From positions 3,038,001-3,102,000 of the forward strand of contig NW_024704770.1 of assembly GCF_018977255.1 (NCBI RefSeq): a stretch of DNA of 64,000 bases. Direction: 5' to 3'. This document shows, one piece after another, positions 1-13,176 of the stretch. The translations under genes were made by a program, and so were the position numbers. The notes beneath the pieces were generated by a model that saw nothing but the letters and a program-made list of their open reading frames with translations, had not been told where the DNA came from and did not search any database. Each line of letters starts with the position of its first letter. Within the stretch, counting starts at the first letter, position 1. This DNA is from Callorhinchus milii (lineage: Eukaryota).

Positions 1-114
1 GCGACCGCCAGGAAGGTGGAAGGCGAACTACCTCTATTTTTCGTCTTAGTATTTCTTGTGTTACTTGCTGAGAATGTCTTCCAACCACTTCATCGCCTTC
101 TGTTTTTTTTGAAG

Positions 115-3100
115 CTTGAAACCAGGTCGGTGGAGCAGGCTCAGGGCAACCAGGCCTTAGAAGCAGCGAGGCACGAGGTCTCCGAATATCGTCGGCAAAT
201 GCAGAACCTGCAGGCTGAGTACGACGCCCTGCTCGGCAGTGTAAGTCACGCTCCTTCCACTTCTTTTCTTTAAAGGAAGGTTTCAGAAATGCCCGATCCT
301 AGTGTGAGCTTCCTCACCCTCCTCTAACATAGAACCGCTCTCTCTCTCCCCCTCTCTCCTAGATCGGCTCTCTGGAAGCTTCCCTGAGAGACACAGAAAT
401 CCGGTACGACCAACAGCTGCAGGGCTACATGTGCATGGTATCGAACTTGGAAGGGGAGCTGATGAGAATCAGGAATGAAATCAACCTGCAAGTGAAAAGT
501 TACCAGGATTTGCTGAACATCAAGATGAAGCTGGAGCAGGAGATTTCCGTTTACAGACAGCTCCTGGATGGTGGTGGACAAAGGTACACCTGTCTACGAA
601 TAAATAAAAGCATCTCATCCATCCAGCACTCCAAACACTCACATACTTGGCACCATCCTGCTCTCTCTGTCCAATGAATCTGCAATGAGTACCTCTAATT
701 TTAGTACAAAGACCCTTGCCTGTTTAACCCTAATTAGTAGTTAACGTTGGAATAGTTTCCTTACTCCACACACACATCTTTATTTACCTAGCAGTAAGTG
801 GAAACCCGGATGTCAGTCGATTGGCGGGTCGTTTTCTGGGAGTAATAATCCTAACAGTGCAACACAATCTTATCGTTATACTGAAGTGAGTGAATGTATC
901 TGGTGTAATTTCTGTATAATAATGAACTCTCTGCATTGTTCTCAATACGAGCAGTGTTGTCTCAAGCTCATCAGGTGGCTCAGGAATGTCCTCATCAACC
1001 TCTATGCAATCTGGTAAGTGTTGGGTTTGATTTGAAGTTGAGATAGTTTGGATCATGAGGTGTGTTTCACATTTGGTCTTTCAGTCACCCCCGTAACCCC
1101 TTCTCTCGCTCCTGAGGGCCCAAGCAATAGCAGCTCAGCTGCCCTCAGCTCTGAAGCTTATTAATCATGATAAAATGAGCGGCATGTCTGATACACACTT
1201 ATTAAGAGGAGATATGTAGAGTCTCTGGAGGGGAGGCTTTTGGAGTAAAGGGTTGTCTCCCTGGGTTGAACTGGCTTTGAAGATACATTGACAAAGCAAC
1301 AACAGGGTGACCAAAAAGTTGTGATCCCATTACAATATCTAATAAGTCTTAAAGAAACGATGAAGAACTAAAGTTATTATTCAAATAAATGGTATCACGA
1401 CTTTTTGGTCACCCCGTAGTAATCATTTTGCCTACAAAATTCATTTTACAGTATATTTTGGGAAGCGCTTTGAAACGTCTCGAAGACATAATATATCAGA
1501 TGCAAGGATTATTATTTGTTATTATTATTTATTGTTGAGTTTAGGTGTAGTTATTGTCCTGAAACCAGCAAGCCAAAGCCCTGGGAGGGTGGGTGATCCC
1601 AGCTGAATGAAGTCTCGGCTTACTATTGCTAAATTGACGACTGTTTCCAGCCAGAACTGAAAGGGTTTCGGAGAACACCTGATCATCTCAGGCCACGAAA
1701 GGGCTATGCATGTTTAACTCCCAACTGGACTAGTCCCTTACAATCAAAAGGATTTGGAGTTATTAGGCTATTAGTTTATGGATGTGTGGAAGGAATATTC
1801 GGGGAACTTGGGTGGGTAACCTGATGGGCTATTGCCTAAAACCTGTGCTGTTTAATTGTAAATAACCTTTCCTTCTGTTTATTGACTCGTCTATGTTTCT
1901 TCCTAATTCAGGTGGAACTGGTGGCAGTCAAATCATTACCATGTGAGTTTACCTCCTGATTTTAGATGTTATATAAGATATTATTAATAATAATTTGGTC
2001 ACTCAATCCACAAATGTTTGTGGGACACTGCTGTGCCCAATTGACTGCTGCGTTTTGCCCATAAAAATATACAGTAGATAGTGTGAAGCGCTTTGAGACG
2101 TCTCGAAGACGTGATAAGGCACTATATCGAATACAAGGATTATTATTATCAGGGCTCTCGTGAATGTTGACCCTCTCTTGGAATCAGGGAGATGGGGAAA
2201 TTGACGAAATATGTCACTGTAACATTTCATTGCCAGCAAATCCAACATGGTTGGCCAATGCCTGCATATGAATGTCATAAATTAAAGAGGATAAACATTC
2301 CCTCACACTATGTGCCTTCAAATAATATTTTATTACTTAAGTGACGAGCGTTCTGCAGGCAGTTAGCCTCAGGAACACGACAACCTCTATGTTGGCTTAG
2401 TGGGTAAAGCCAGTACTTAGCCACACCAAGGATTAAGTCTTACTGTGCTAAGCCAGAGCAGCCATTGGAGCTGCAAGTAGCTTTCACGATAGGGAAGGAC
2501 AATTAGCCAAGATTTCTGATAGCTCCTCGGCCTGTGGAAGGCTTGTGGGTACAAACTGGAGCTGGCTTGTTGATTGCCCTGCTGACCCTCCCTGTCATGA
2601 AGAACGATTGCTTGGATGAGATGGGAAAATTGACCACTTCAGCAAAATCAATCCTCTAGAAAAAGGTGCAACTTGGGAGGAGAAGTAGATGGATTATTAG
2701 ACGGGAAGGAAAAAGCCACAACCTTTAAGTTTTCTTTATTGCTAACTCTGGATTGGTGTGATCTGTGATCTTTGAGTTCATGTGTGAGCATGCGATGCAG
2801 GCGCTAACCGCTCTTTACTCTTTTACTTGCAGGAGCACCACAACAAAAGGTAATTAACTCTTACTTCACTAGGGGCATTTGTTACAGACTCGCCTTTTAG
2901 GCTCTTACCCTCTTTTAGTGGATAAAGGCAAGACTACACAAGAGTGTTCCATATGAGGAAGGGAAGAGTTCGAAAGGGAGAATTTCTGTGGAGTTTAGGA
3001 ACCACGATAACTTGCGTTTAAATAGCCCCCTTAACATAGGGTGGGTGTTGGAGCACTTGGGATGGAGTGATAAGGGAGAGGGAGGGAGTCCTGTAGAGTG

Positions 3101-3346
3101 CAGGAAGAAGTACACAGTGATTCATTGTCAGTGAGAGACAGTGTGATGTCTGGAGTTTAACACAGTGAGGAGTACTGATGGATAGCACCGGAGTAAAGAG
3201 GGACTGGAGGTATTAGGGGAGAGGAGAGTGTAAAATTATTAAGCGTGGATGTCAGCGGCCAAGATTGTAAATGGTTTTGAAAGCTCCTTTTCGAAAATCT
3301 GAATCAGATCATTGACTTGTTCACAGAAAGCAAAATTCGCTACTGA
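115..3346 (+). CDS. Type I keratin A, 3' portion (5' exons lie before the window). Exons 115-240, 363-583, 955-1013 (or 952), 1912-1942, 2833-2849, 3327-3346
   Basis: Exon sizes 126 and 221 nt match type I keratin exons 5 and 6. Helix-termination motif [17 protein letters not shown]. All exons are AG/GT-bounded and phase-compatible, giving a tail ending VVSSSSGGSGMSSSTSMQSGGTGGSQIITMSTTTKESKIRY*. The tail exons are less certain than the rod exons. Confidence 0.88.
1303..1416. mobile_element. Tc1/mariner-type MITE
   Basis: ~28-bp terminal inverted repeats CAGGGTGACCAAAAAGTTGTGATCCCAT / ATGGTATCACGACTTTTTGGTCACCCCG; TA on the right flank; AT-rich interior. Confidence 0.7.
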
Positions 3347-3872
3347 GGATCAAAGACACGCCCCTGCTCGCCCGCATTAAGGTGTGCTCCTGGCACCAAC
3401 ATCCACTGTGCCAACCACATCTCCCACCCGCTTGACTTCTTGACTTACTTTACTTCCTCCTAACGCTTCTCTGAAAACTCAATGTGTAACTGGCTGTACG
3501 TTTCCAGGGGCAATCCCCTCTGTGTGGAGAGTGAGATAGCACAGTACATGCTCTCTTTAAAAGTAAATGGTTTCACCCAAGACCTGACCTGAGATGGGGA
3601 CAGTGAAGATTGCTGTTGGCTGCAGCATCATCATCCAGCAGTTGGTGTTGGTCATTGGACGGTCTCTAAACAGGGGACAAGTCGAAGATTGCGCTGACAA
3701 GGTTTGTTATGTCACTACTGCCAATCAAAGACCATCGCAGCAACTGTCTTCTGGTTCACTTCCACTATAGGAAGTAGTTCTGCCCCAACACCCCACCGTG
3801 TGTGCGTCTGCCTCCACAAGCCTTCGGCTGCTCTGAGTTACTAAATGTTCTCACTTATTCAATGCCTTTATC

Positions 3873-3878
3873 AATAAA
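3873..3878 (+). promoter_or_regulatory. Probable polyadenylation signal of keratin A
   Basis: AATAAA ~530 nt after the stop, followed by T/GT-rich sequence. Confidence 0.55.
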
Positions 3879-5289
3879 TATCTTGCATCTAATCCCTTTG
3901 TTTGATGTCAATCCAGTCCGTAACGTGCTTGAGCTGCAACCTGATTTAGGTATGAAGGGTATTGCTGGAGTAAATGGGACCAACTGCTCTCTCTTGTTCG
4001 GTATATAGTTATTGAGGGATTGGCAAAAAAAAGAAATAAGGAAAGAAGAGTGGTCATATTTAGTAATGGGAGAACTGGCTCAATGGGCTGAATGGCAGCC
4101 TCTGTTCCTGTGAGCATTGAATTTGGAACCAGCAGTTCTAGACTGAATTGATTTAATCAGCTCTTTCGAGGAGAGATGTGTTCTCCTTGGGTTGAATTGG
4201 ATTTGAGCAGACAAGACAGGCAGGTCTGCAAGGTCCTGCTTATAGGTCAGAAGCCTGTCTGGCTAGGAAGTGTAGACCTCACCTCTGAAAAGCAGCCTAT
4301 ACATTCAATGGTGGTGTTTTGACACAACATCATAGATAGAAACAACAGAAATCCAGTTAATATGTGGAAGTAAAGGGTTCCCCCGATGGCTCGGTGTGTC
4401 AGTAATGTTTTCACCCACAAAATATGCAGTCAGTTCACTTCACAGTACATTCAAATCCACTGAGCCATGCAGACCAGAGAGGTCTCAGGTTCGACCACTG
4501 GTCTGTGCTGAGTTGGTCGATCTCAGCCGGGGTGGGGTGGGCATTCTAATTGGCCTCAGTGGCTTTGGGCTGGGAATAATGGGAAATCGGCCAGAAATCC
4601 CAGACTTGGAGCAAGGATTCCTATCTGCACTTACACATTGCCAGTAAGTGGGAAGGAGCGAGCGGTAAGAGAACACAGGAACAGGAGGCTATTGAGCCAA
4701 TCCAGTCCGCTCTGTCCTTAAGTCTATGACAACTCTTTCAATTCCTTTTCTCCAAGCCTGTTCTTTCTACCAGTTTCTTAGATCATGTCAGATTTTTCAA
4801 TCTCATTTCCCCATCTCTTCTCCATAACCCTTGTACTTAAGATACTTCCCGAGTATCTCTCTACCTCCCCTTTGCACCATCCCAATCTATTCTGCCTTCT
4901 GTGTGATAAAATGTGTTCTAATTTCCTTTCTAACTGCCTAATGTTAATATTAGGGCCCCTAGATTGCTTAGGCCCCAAATAACCAGTAGTTTAGCCTGTG
5001 AGACAATTTTATCTTAAAATTGTGGAAATATTAAGATTCAGTTTTAAGATTAAAAGCTGGATCTTTTTGGAATTTTTTGAATTTCAAATGAAGACTGAAT
5101 TTAAGAATTGTTCTTTACTTCTTTACTTACCCCCACTCCCCCCAAAGTAAGCAAATATATCAAATCATGCACAGCCCAGTCCTCAAGCATTGATTTAGTC
5201 ACCACATTATGAGTCTGTGCTTGGATCTTTGATTCTACTGTTATCAATGAACTCAATTGCTTTGCACCACCAGTAAGAGCAGAAAGATA

Positions 5290-5295
5290 TTTATT
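5290..5295 (-). promoter_or_regulatory. Probable polyadenylation signal of keratin B
   Basis: TTTATT on + (AATAAA on -) ~630 nt past the stop at 5924. Confidence 0.55.
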
Positions 5296-5923
5296 GATCA
5301 GCTTTGCTTAAACAATGAACAGATGTGAAAATATTTGGAAAACAGAGCAGCCAAGGGAGAGGAGTAAGGGAGACAGGCGACGTGGATCAGGGCTCCTGGG
5401 GAGTGAGAGACACAAGTAATGGGGACAAGGGCATCTGCTGTATTGGATCTCCAGTAAAACAATTTACTTTTATGTGTGTTGACCTGCTGTCTGCTTGCGG
5501 TTTCCAAACTACTGGGGTTGCAACAGCCCAGGTTGTTTTCCATAACAACTGAGCACCCCAGCAGCGATAAGAGGGATGGTAGACGCCGCCATTGTGAAAC
5601 GGTATGGCTCGTGAAGGCTGCTATATAAATTCAAGTTGTTGTTGTTGATGGCATCGGCGCGATGCACTGACATTGCCCCAGTGAGGTGCTGAACTTAATG
5701 TCAAGCGCAACAGTGGGATGGGACCCCATTGCTTTGTATACTCAGGAGTTGGGAATCGCACTGTCACAGGAAGAGGAATAGAACAAGAGGAAAGTATGAA
5801 GCCAGGCAGGGGGCTGCTGGCAAAGATCCACATTCCCAGACACCAGCTGAAGCTGCCACACGGGCATTGTGCCCGAGCGGGTACAAGCTTGTTTCTTGGT
5901 GATAGCGAGCGAGGCCATGATCT

Positions 5924-8900
5924 TTAACTTGTAACCTCATTAACTTCTGTGAGGACAAGACAAGACAAGAGTTAGTGACCTTCACAGCTGCCTGGTAAAT
6001 ACCATAGTAAATTTCCTTCCAAAAAATATAATAGTAAATAACTGCCATGTTTCACCCACAAAATATACAGGCAATTCACTTTACAGTATATTCTATAGTT
6101 TTGGTTGAGTTTTCCGTCGAGTTGGGGGTCGAGATCGGGGAGGGTGGAGGGCGGGGGCTGGGGAAGCAGGGTGATCGAAAGCACGGTTGAAGAGGAGGAT
6201 CTTGAGATGGGTCTTGAAGGAGGCAAGGGAGGGGGCAAGGCGTGAAAGGCGTTATACAAATGTAATCCTCTTGTATTGTGGGATGGAGTTCCAGAGGGTA
6301 GGGGCAGACTGGCAGACGGACGGCCCGCCAATAGTGGGGTGAGTGAGATGGGGGACGTGAAGGAAGCCGGAGCCCGCTGAGCGGAGGGAGCGAGCAGGAT
6401 GGTAGGGGGTTAGGAGGACGCAGGTAAGGTGGGAGCAAGACCATGGAGGGCTTTGTAGGCGAGGACCAGGATTTTGAACTGTATCCTCTGTGTGATGGGA
6501 AGGCAGTGGAGCCGGGCGAGGATGGGGTAGATAGGGTCAAGGAGTCTGGTGCGGACACGGGCTGCAGAGTTCAGGATAATCTGCAGCCTGTGGAGGGAAG
6601 AGTTGGGGAGGCCGACAAGCAGGGAGTTTGCATAGTCAAGCCTGGATGTAAAGAAAAAGTATTCACAGTAATGGAAGAGGGGCTTCTGGCTTCTCCCAGT
6701 GGCCCAGTAGGGAGTGGCATCACATGGGTCACATAGAGGAGGAAGGTGTCTGTGCTGTTATTCTCAGCCAGGGCAGCAGTCAGGGCTACAATTGCCTCAG
6801 TTCCCCTGATCACTGCTGGGAGGGACACGTGTGGATGTCAGGTGAGAGCACCCATCTCTCCTCCCCCCACCCCACCCCCATCAACACCAACACATGGAAA
6901 ATGGCCACTTGTGTGTGGTAACAGGATGGAACCATAAAGTAGAAACAAAATGCAAATCACGTAAAAAGGGTGGAAGTTTTACTGTATTTACCTTCGGTCG
7001 TTTTGCTAAAATAGAGGGAAGAAAAGAGGAGCAGTTAGTTAGTGTCTGTGATAACCTGTGCTTTGAGACGACTCGAAGACGTGATAAGGTGCTATATCAA
7101 TACTCCCCAACACACACACAGACACACATACTCCAATCCTCACACACACAACTCACACACACCCACTGCTCCTCACACACGGCACACAACACTGCCTTCT
7201 TCAGTTGTTTACTGTACGAGAGTGAATGACTTACATGATTATTGTGCTCTTGCTTCCGCCTCCTTTGGGAAGAAAATCAGAGAGGAGTTAGCACAACAAC
7301 AGCAACAAGTTACATTTGTATAGTGCCCTTTGCGTCGGAAAGACCGTCGGAAAGTCCCGAGCTGGGAATTGGAGGCAGGGTGGGGGGTGGGAGGGTGGTC
7401 GAAGGCGCGGTCGAAGAGGAAGATTTGTAGACAGGCTTGAAAGGGGCACGAAAGAGGGTGAGGCAGAGGGATTGCGGGACAGAGTTCCAGAATGTGGGGG
7501 CAAAAATGCTGAATGCCCAACCGCTAAGGGTGGGCCGGGGAAGTGCGGGGGACCTGAAGCAGGCCGGTGTCCGCCAAGCGGGAGGGAGCGGACTGGCTGA
7601 TACGGGGTTAGGAAGCATTTACTCACCAGACGAGATACTGGAGGAAGACGTGCCGGATATTGAGCTGAGGGAGAAGCACAGAATTGTTATCTCTGCAACA
7701 ATATTATTCCATTCATTCACCTTCGCTCTCTCCTGAATAGCGCAGGCCCATCTACACAGCAAATCCCACCGTCTTTTTTTAATCAACAGTAAAGATTCTT
7801 TGAGAGTTTTGAAGTGGGAGCGAGGGTGAGGGAGCTTGCTTTCTGAACGCTTGGCCACCAATATTCCAATGAGAGGCAGGGACGTATGTGTGTGGCGACC
7901 GCCAGGAAGGTTGGAAGGCGAACTAGATGGATTGGGGTCTGTTTTTGCGTCTAGCGTTTCTTACGTTCTTACGTAAGTGGCACAGTAATTGGCAGCAAAG
8001 TCGCCATTATTGACCTACCTTTGCGCACCGCCGTCCAGGAGCTGTCGGTACATGACAATCTCCTGCTCCAGCTTCATCTTCATGTTCAGCAACTGCTGGT
8101 AATTATTTGCTTGCTGGTTGATTTCATTCCTGATTCTCCTCAGCTCGTCATTCAAGGCTCCCTCTTTGAAGAGGTATCCCTGCAGCTCCTGATCGTACCT
8201 CCTCTCTGTGTCTGCCAGGGCGGCTTCCAGAGAGCCGAGCTAAGAGAGAGATAGACAGACAGAGAGAGAGACGGAGCAAGGTCCTGTGTTAGAGTAGGAT
8301 GAGGAAGCTCACACTAGGAGCTGGTGTTTCTGAAACAACAACTTGCACTGATATAGCGCCCTCCTCGCACGGTAGCGTCTCAGCGCTTAACAGTGGCGGA
8401 GCCTGACTCCGAGCAGGAGGGCCCCGGAGGCCTGAAGCACGGTCGAAAAGGAAGGATTTGAAAAAGGAGAGAGGGGACAAGGCGGAGGATTGAGGGAGAG
8501 TGTCCCAGAGTTTTGGGGAGTAGTGGCTGAATGCCCGACCTCCAATGGTGGAGCGGAGGGAGCAAGGGACAAGCAGAGGGGGCCGGGTGGTGGATCGGGG
8601 AGTGAGGAGGTAAGGAAGGTGCCAGGGAGTAAAAGGGGTTTAAACCTTCCTTTAAAGAAAAGAAGTGGAAGGAACGTGACTTACACTGCCGAGCATGGCA
8701 TCGTACTCAGCCTGCAGGTTCTGCATTTGCCGACGGTATTCGGAGACCTCGTGCCTCGCTGCTTCTAAGGCCTGGTTGTCCTGAGCCTGCTCCACCGACT
8801 TGGTTTCAAGCTTCAAAAAAAACAGAAAGCGATGAAGTGGTTGGAAGACATTCGTGGAATCGTAGAATATTACAGCACAGAAGGAGGCCATTCGGCCCAT

Positions 8901-11900
8901 CGAGCCACCCAATCAGTCCCACTCCCCCCCCCCCCCCCCCCACCCCCCCTGCAACTTTTTCCTCTTAAAGGTTCCTATCCGATTTCCTTTTGAAAATTGC
9001 TATTGAATCTGGTTCCACCACCTTTTCAGGTCACTGTAACCAGCACGGCGCTTTCTCTCTCTCTGCGTCTGTCGTACCTGCACTTTGTACCAGGTCTCCA
9101 TATCGCCTTGATTTTTGTTGACCATACCATTGTAATCTTCCCTGATTTTGTTCAGCACCTCCTGCAGGTTGATGGAGGGCTTGGAGTCCACTTCCACCTG
9201 CACATCTGAAGTCTTCTGCTGCCTCAGCATCCTCAGCTCCTGAAACACAAGCCCCGCACGTCAGCCAGCAGCACCGACTGCCCTTCCCGGCCACTTTGGG
9301 TACCACTTGAATGCCTCTCTCCATGCCATCAGGCAGAGCACTATTGCACCACTAGGTGGCAGCACGTTGACAACAGGGAGAAGGGGGACGACAACAACAA
9401 CTTGCATTTATACAGCGCAGCTGAGGGTGAGGGTGGGAGGTGACCATAAGCACGATCAAAAAGAGAGGTATCGGCTCAAAAGTAATAATAATAATCCTTG
9501 CATTTGACACAGCGCCTTATGTCTTCGAGACGTCTCAAAACGCTTCATGAGATACACGGTAAAGTGTAGTGACTGTATCATTTTGTGTGTCCCACAAACT
9601 GGTGGATTGAGTGACCAAATTATTCTGATTCATTTTTTTTCAGAGAAATATATAGAAATGTTGGGTGAACGTGGGATGTTGGGCGCTGCTGTAACGGGAG
9701 TGTCTTTCTTCCCCGCAGGATCACGCAGGAGGACGGTTATGGCGCTTGGGAAGCAATGCTACGTGTGGCGCAAAGCCCGAGACCCACCCACCTCAGCATG
9801 ATTCTTCTTCAGGTAAGCGATCTCATCCTCCAGGGCCCCGATATCGTTGGTCAGGCCAGTTTGCAGCTGCAGGTAAGTCTCCTTCAGCTGGTGCAGGCCT
9901 CCGATGTCATTCTCCACAGACTGGCGAAGCATCAGCTCATTCTCCCACCTGGAACAACAACAACACACAACATTTACACGGCGCCCTTTTCACGTCACGA
10001 GCACGTCCCGAGGCGCTGGACAGTCAGGGGTCCTCACCCGAGCTGGTGGTTGGGATCAGGAGGGGTGGAGGGCAGGGTGGGGTAGGGGTGGGAGGGTGAC
10101 CGAAGGGCCAGTCGAAAAGGAGGATCTTGAGATGGGTTTTGAAGGAAGCAAGGGAGGGAGGGAGCGAGGCGGAGGGACTGTGGGATGAGTTCCAGAGGGT
10201 GGGGGCAGAGAGGCTGAAGGCCTGCCCACTAATGCTGGTGTGGGCGAGGCGGGGGATTATGAAGCTGGTCGGAGCCCACTGAGCGGAGGGAGTGGACAGG
10301 TTGGTAGGGGTGTGAGGAACATGTAGCCTGAGGAGTGAAGAGTAGTAAACGTAACGGAACAGGCTCCCCAGGGAAGAGGACGGTGGAAGCAGAAAGTGTT
10401 GTTTGTTTCAAGAACAAATGAGACAGATTTCTACTAGAAAATAATATCTGGGGTGGATACAGAGTAGTTTGGGACATGACATGTCAAGTGATATAATAAT
10501 AATAATACTAATCCTTGCATTTGATATAGCGCCTTATCACGTCTTCGAGATGTCTCAAAGTGCTTCACACAATATACTATAAAGTGGTTTGACTGTGTAT
10601 TTTGTGGGTGAATGATGAAAGGCAAACTAGCTGGACCTTGGTCTTCTTTCACACAGTAAACTGTCATGTTCTTAAGAGCAGTATTTCCGCACAGGGACCT
10701 CTGGTGTGGTGAGGGACAGGTTACCTTCTCCCCCCAGATATGAGTCAGTGTATTCTGGGGACAGACTCCGCCTGAAGGGACCAGAACATTTTCTTCACGC
10801 AAAGGGACACACTGCCACAGAAGGCGTACAGAACTGATTAGGAGTGTAGAAGGGGTACATACGTAAGGCATGAGGGAATTAAAAGTATTAAAGGGTAATT
10901 GGAGAAGAGGCAGAGAAATGTGGTGAGATGATCTGCTGTGGAACAGACTCGATGGGCCAAATACCCTCTTCCCAGACCCAACTCAGGCACCCCTCACAGG
11001 GCTACACTTTCTGGTGATGATAGGGGTGGGGCGGGGGGGAGGGGGTTGGGGGCAGGAACAAGTGAGGAAGGGAAGGGATTTGCCCAACTCCCCTCTCGTT
11101 CCTCCTCCCCCCCCCCCCCCCCCCCCCCACTATGGAAGCAAAGCGAGCTAACATCCTGTGTGACAAAGGGATATTGTGCAACAGTGCAGGACAACAGGAG
11201 AGGAAGAGACAAAGACTGAGCGATCCACGTACTTGCTCCTGAAATCCTCAGCCGCCAGCTTGGCGTTGTCGATCTCCAGGGCCACATGAGAGTTGTCCAT
11301 AATGGAGGACAGGATCTGCAAGAAATCAAGACAGTTTCAAGCACGAGTTAAACTCCCTTTGTACATTGTCCATTGTCCACCCAGTCAGCTGCAGGACAGG
11401 TTACATACACAGTAATACAATTAATAATTATCCTTGCATTCGACACAGCACCTTATCACATCTTCGAGGCGTCTCAAAGTACTTCACAGGATACACTGTA
11501 AAGTGAATTGCTTGTGTGTTTTGTGGGCGAAATGTGAGTTTTAAGGAATTGTTACCCCCAAAATTGTTGCCCCCCCCCCACCACCCGCCAGTCGACTAAC
11601 AACTGGGTCCTACAACTGCTGGGTAGATAGAGGCATGTGGAGTAAGGAAACTTAAGTTTCAGATATTAATATTTCAGCATAGTAAAGCTCCCTCCACACT
11701 GTCCATCCAACGCTGCTAGATCACCCTTTGCCCCCACCCTTTGGAACTCCATCCCACATTCCCTTCGCCTCGTTCCCTCCCTCACCTCCTTCAAGGTCCG
11801 TCTCAAGACCCTCCTCTTCGACCGTGCCTTCAGTTACTCCCCTACCCCCACCCTCCCTGCCCTCCAACCCCTCCTGATCCCAACCCCCTCCTGCTCGGGT

Positions 11901-13080
11901 CCAAATTTCTCACTGTCCAGTGCCTTGGGACGTCCTCCCGATATGAAACGCGCTGTGTAAATGTCATTTTGTATTGTATTGTATTGGATCAGCCACAGTA
12001 AGGGTTATAGACAGAGTAAATCTCCCTCCTTCCAGCTCCAGCCCCTCTATTTGCCAGCTCTGTGCCACTTGACGGGCAGCCTTGCTCTGTTGTTCACTAC
12101 AGCAGCTCTCTCTCTCTCTCTTTCCATGTAACAAGCTGCTTTGCATTGTAGGGATAGGTTTGGTGTTCGTGTTGGAGGGGGGGAGGGGGAGTTGTGGTAG
12201 GAATGCAAGCAAGGGTGTGGCAAGGTCAGGATTAAGGTACGGTCAAAATCGGGCTGGGGACAAAAAACCCAGACTGAGGTGTGCTGCAGAAAAAGAAAGA
12301 GAATGTTTTACCCACGGAATGGAAGATGTACTCAACAGAGATAACCAGCAGAAGCCTAGAGTATTCATGATCGAACATGAGAGCGGAGGATTGGGCAAGG
12401 GAGGCAAGGTCCTGATGGAAGTTGGAACGGGAAGATCTAGAGAGAGCGTAAAGAGCAAATGACATTTACACGGCGCCTTTCAAGTCAGGAGGATGTCCCA
12501 AGGCGCTGGACAGTCAGGGATCTGCACCCGAGCTGGTGGTTGGGATCAGGGAGGGGTGGGGAGGTTGACCGAAGGCATGGTCAAAGAGGAGGGTCTTGAA
12601 GGAGGCAAGCGAGGGCTGGGGATGGTGGTGGGGGGGGAGCGAGAGGCGGGCGTTACTTACCTGACTCTGGAGGGGCTTCACTGTGTTCTCATAGATGGTC
12701 CAGTCGAAGCCTTGGATGATCTTGTCAGTGGACAGCTCCCGAATCTTCTTCTCCAGTTGAATGTTGCTCTCCTCCAGGGAGTGCACCCTCTCCAGGTATT
12801 TGCTCAGTCGGCTGTTGAGGTTCTGCATGGCGTCTTTCTCGTTGGCTACCAGCCCGCTGGTACCACCACTCAGAAGCCCCCCAGCGCTCATCCCTATTCC
12901 CATCCCCAACCCTATTCCCATTCCGCCTCCGCTTCTCATGCCACTACCAGCCGAGCTCACATTGAAGGAGCGACTGGAAGAAATGCTACGAGCGCTGCTG
13001 CCGAGGCCGCCATAGAGGCTCTGGGACCCAAACCCGGAGCGTCCGGTTGACATTCTCATCGATCGCTGGGTGAGCGACAT
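5924..13080 (-). CDS. Type I keratin B, complete, 423 aa. Exons 12661-13080, 11233-11315, 9792-9948, 9078-9239, 8685-8810, 8019-8239, 7627-7664, 7235-7262, 6992-7005, 5924-5946
   Basis: Gly/Ser-rich head, then [17 protein letters not shown] (coil 1A), [13 protein letters not shown] and [17 protein letters not shown]. Internal exons of 83/157/162/126/221 nt are the type I keratin pattern. Summed CDS of 1272 nt is open to TAA. Confidence 0.93.
6115..6645 (-). mobile_element. L2-like LINE 3' fragment
   Basis: Carries the recurring CCTTCAAGACCCATCTCAAGATCCTCCTCTTC motif (FK.HLK.LLF, the L2 ORF2 C-terminus); degenerate. Confidence 0.6.
8336..8640 (-). mobile_element. L2-like 3' fragment inserted in keratin B intron 5
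   Basis: (TTG)n tail on -; absent from the homologous intron of keratin A. Confidence 0.65.
9952..10310 (-). mobile_element. L2-like 3' fragment
   Basis: Same family as 7290-7615, 12462-12620, 18725-19090 and 24300-24650; its tail abuts the acceptor of keratin B exon 3. Confidence 0.6.
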
Positions 13081-13168
13081 GACGACTGACACAGGAGGAG
13101 GTTAAGCAAGGCTGATGAGGTCGAGACTGATCTGGAAGCTCAGTGACAAAGGACCAGTTCCTTGGCTA

Positions 13169-13176
13169 TTTATATA
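13169..13176 (-). promoter_or_regulatory. TATA box of keratin B
   Basis: TATATAAA on -, ~90 nt upstream of the ATG. Confidence 0.7.

Noticed and set aside
1-66. Match to 7895-7970 and ~44445 suggesting a further keratin duplication
   Set aside because: Same-strand dispersed repeat end that also occurs in the tubulin intron
6571-6828. Minus-strand ORF with a phase-compatible acceptor near 6817 as an alternative last exon of keratin B
   Set aside because: It runs into L2 sequence and does not resemble a keratin tail; 5924-5946 parallels keratin A better. Not strictly excluded.
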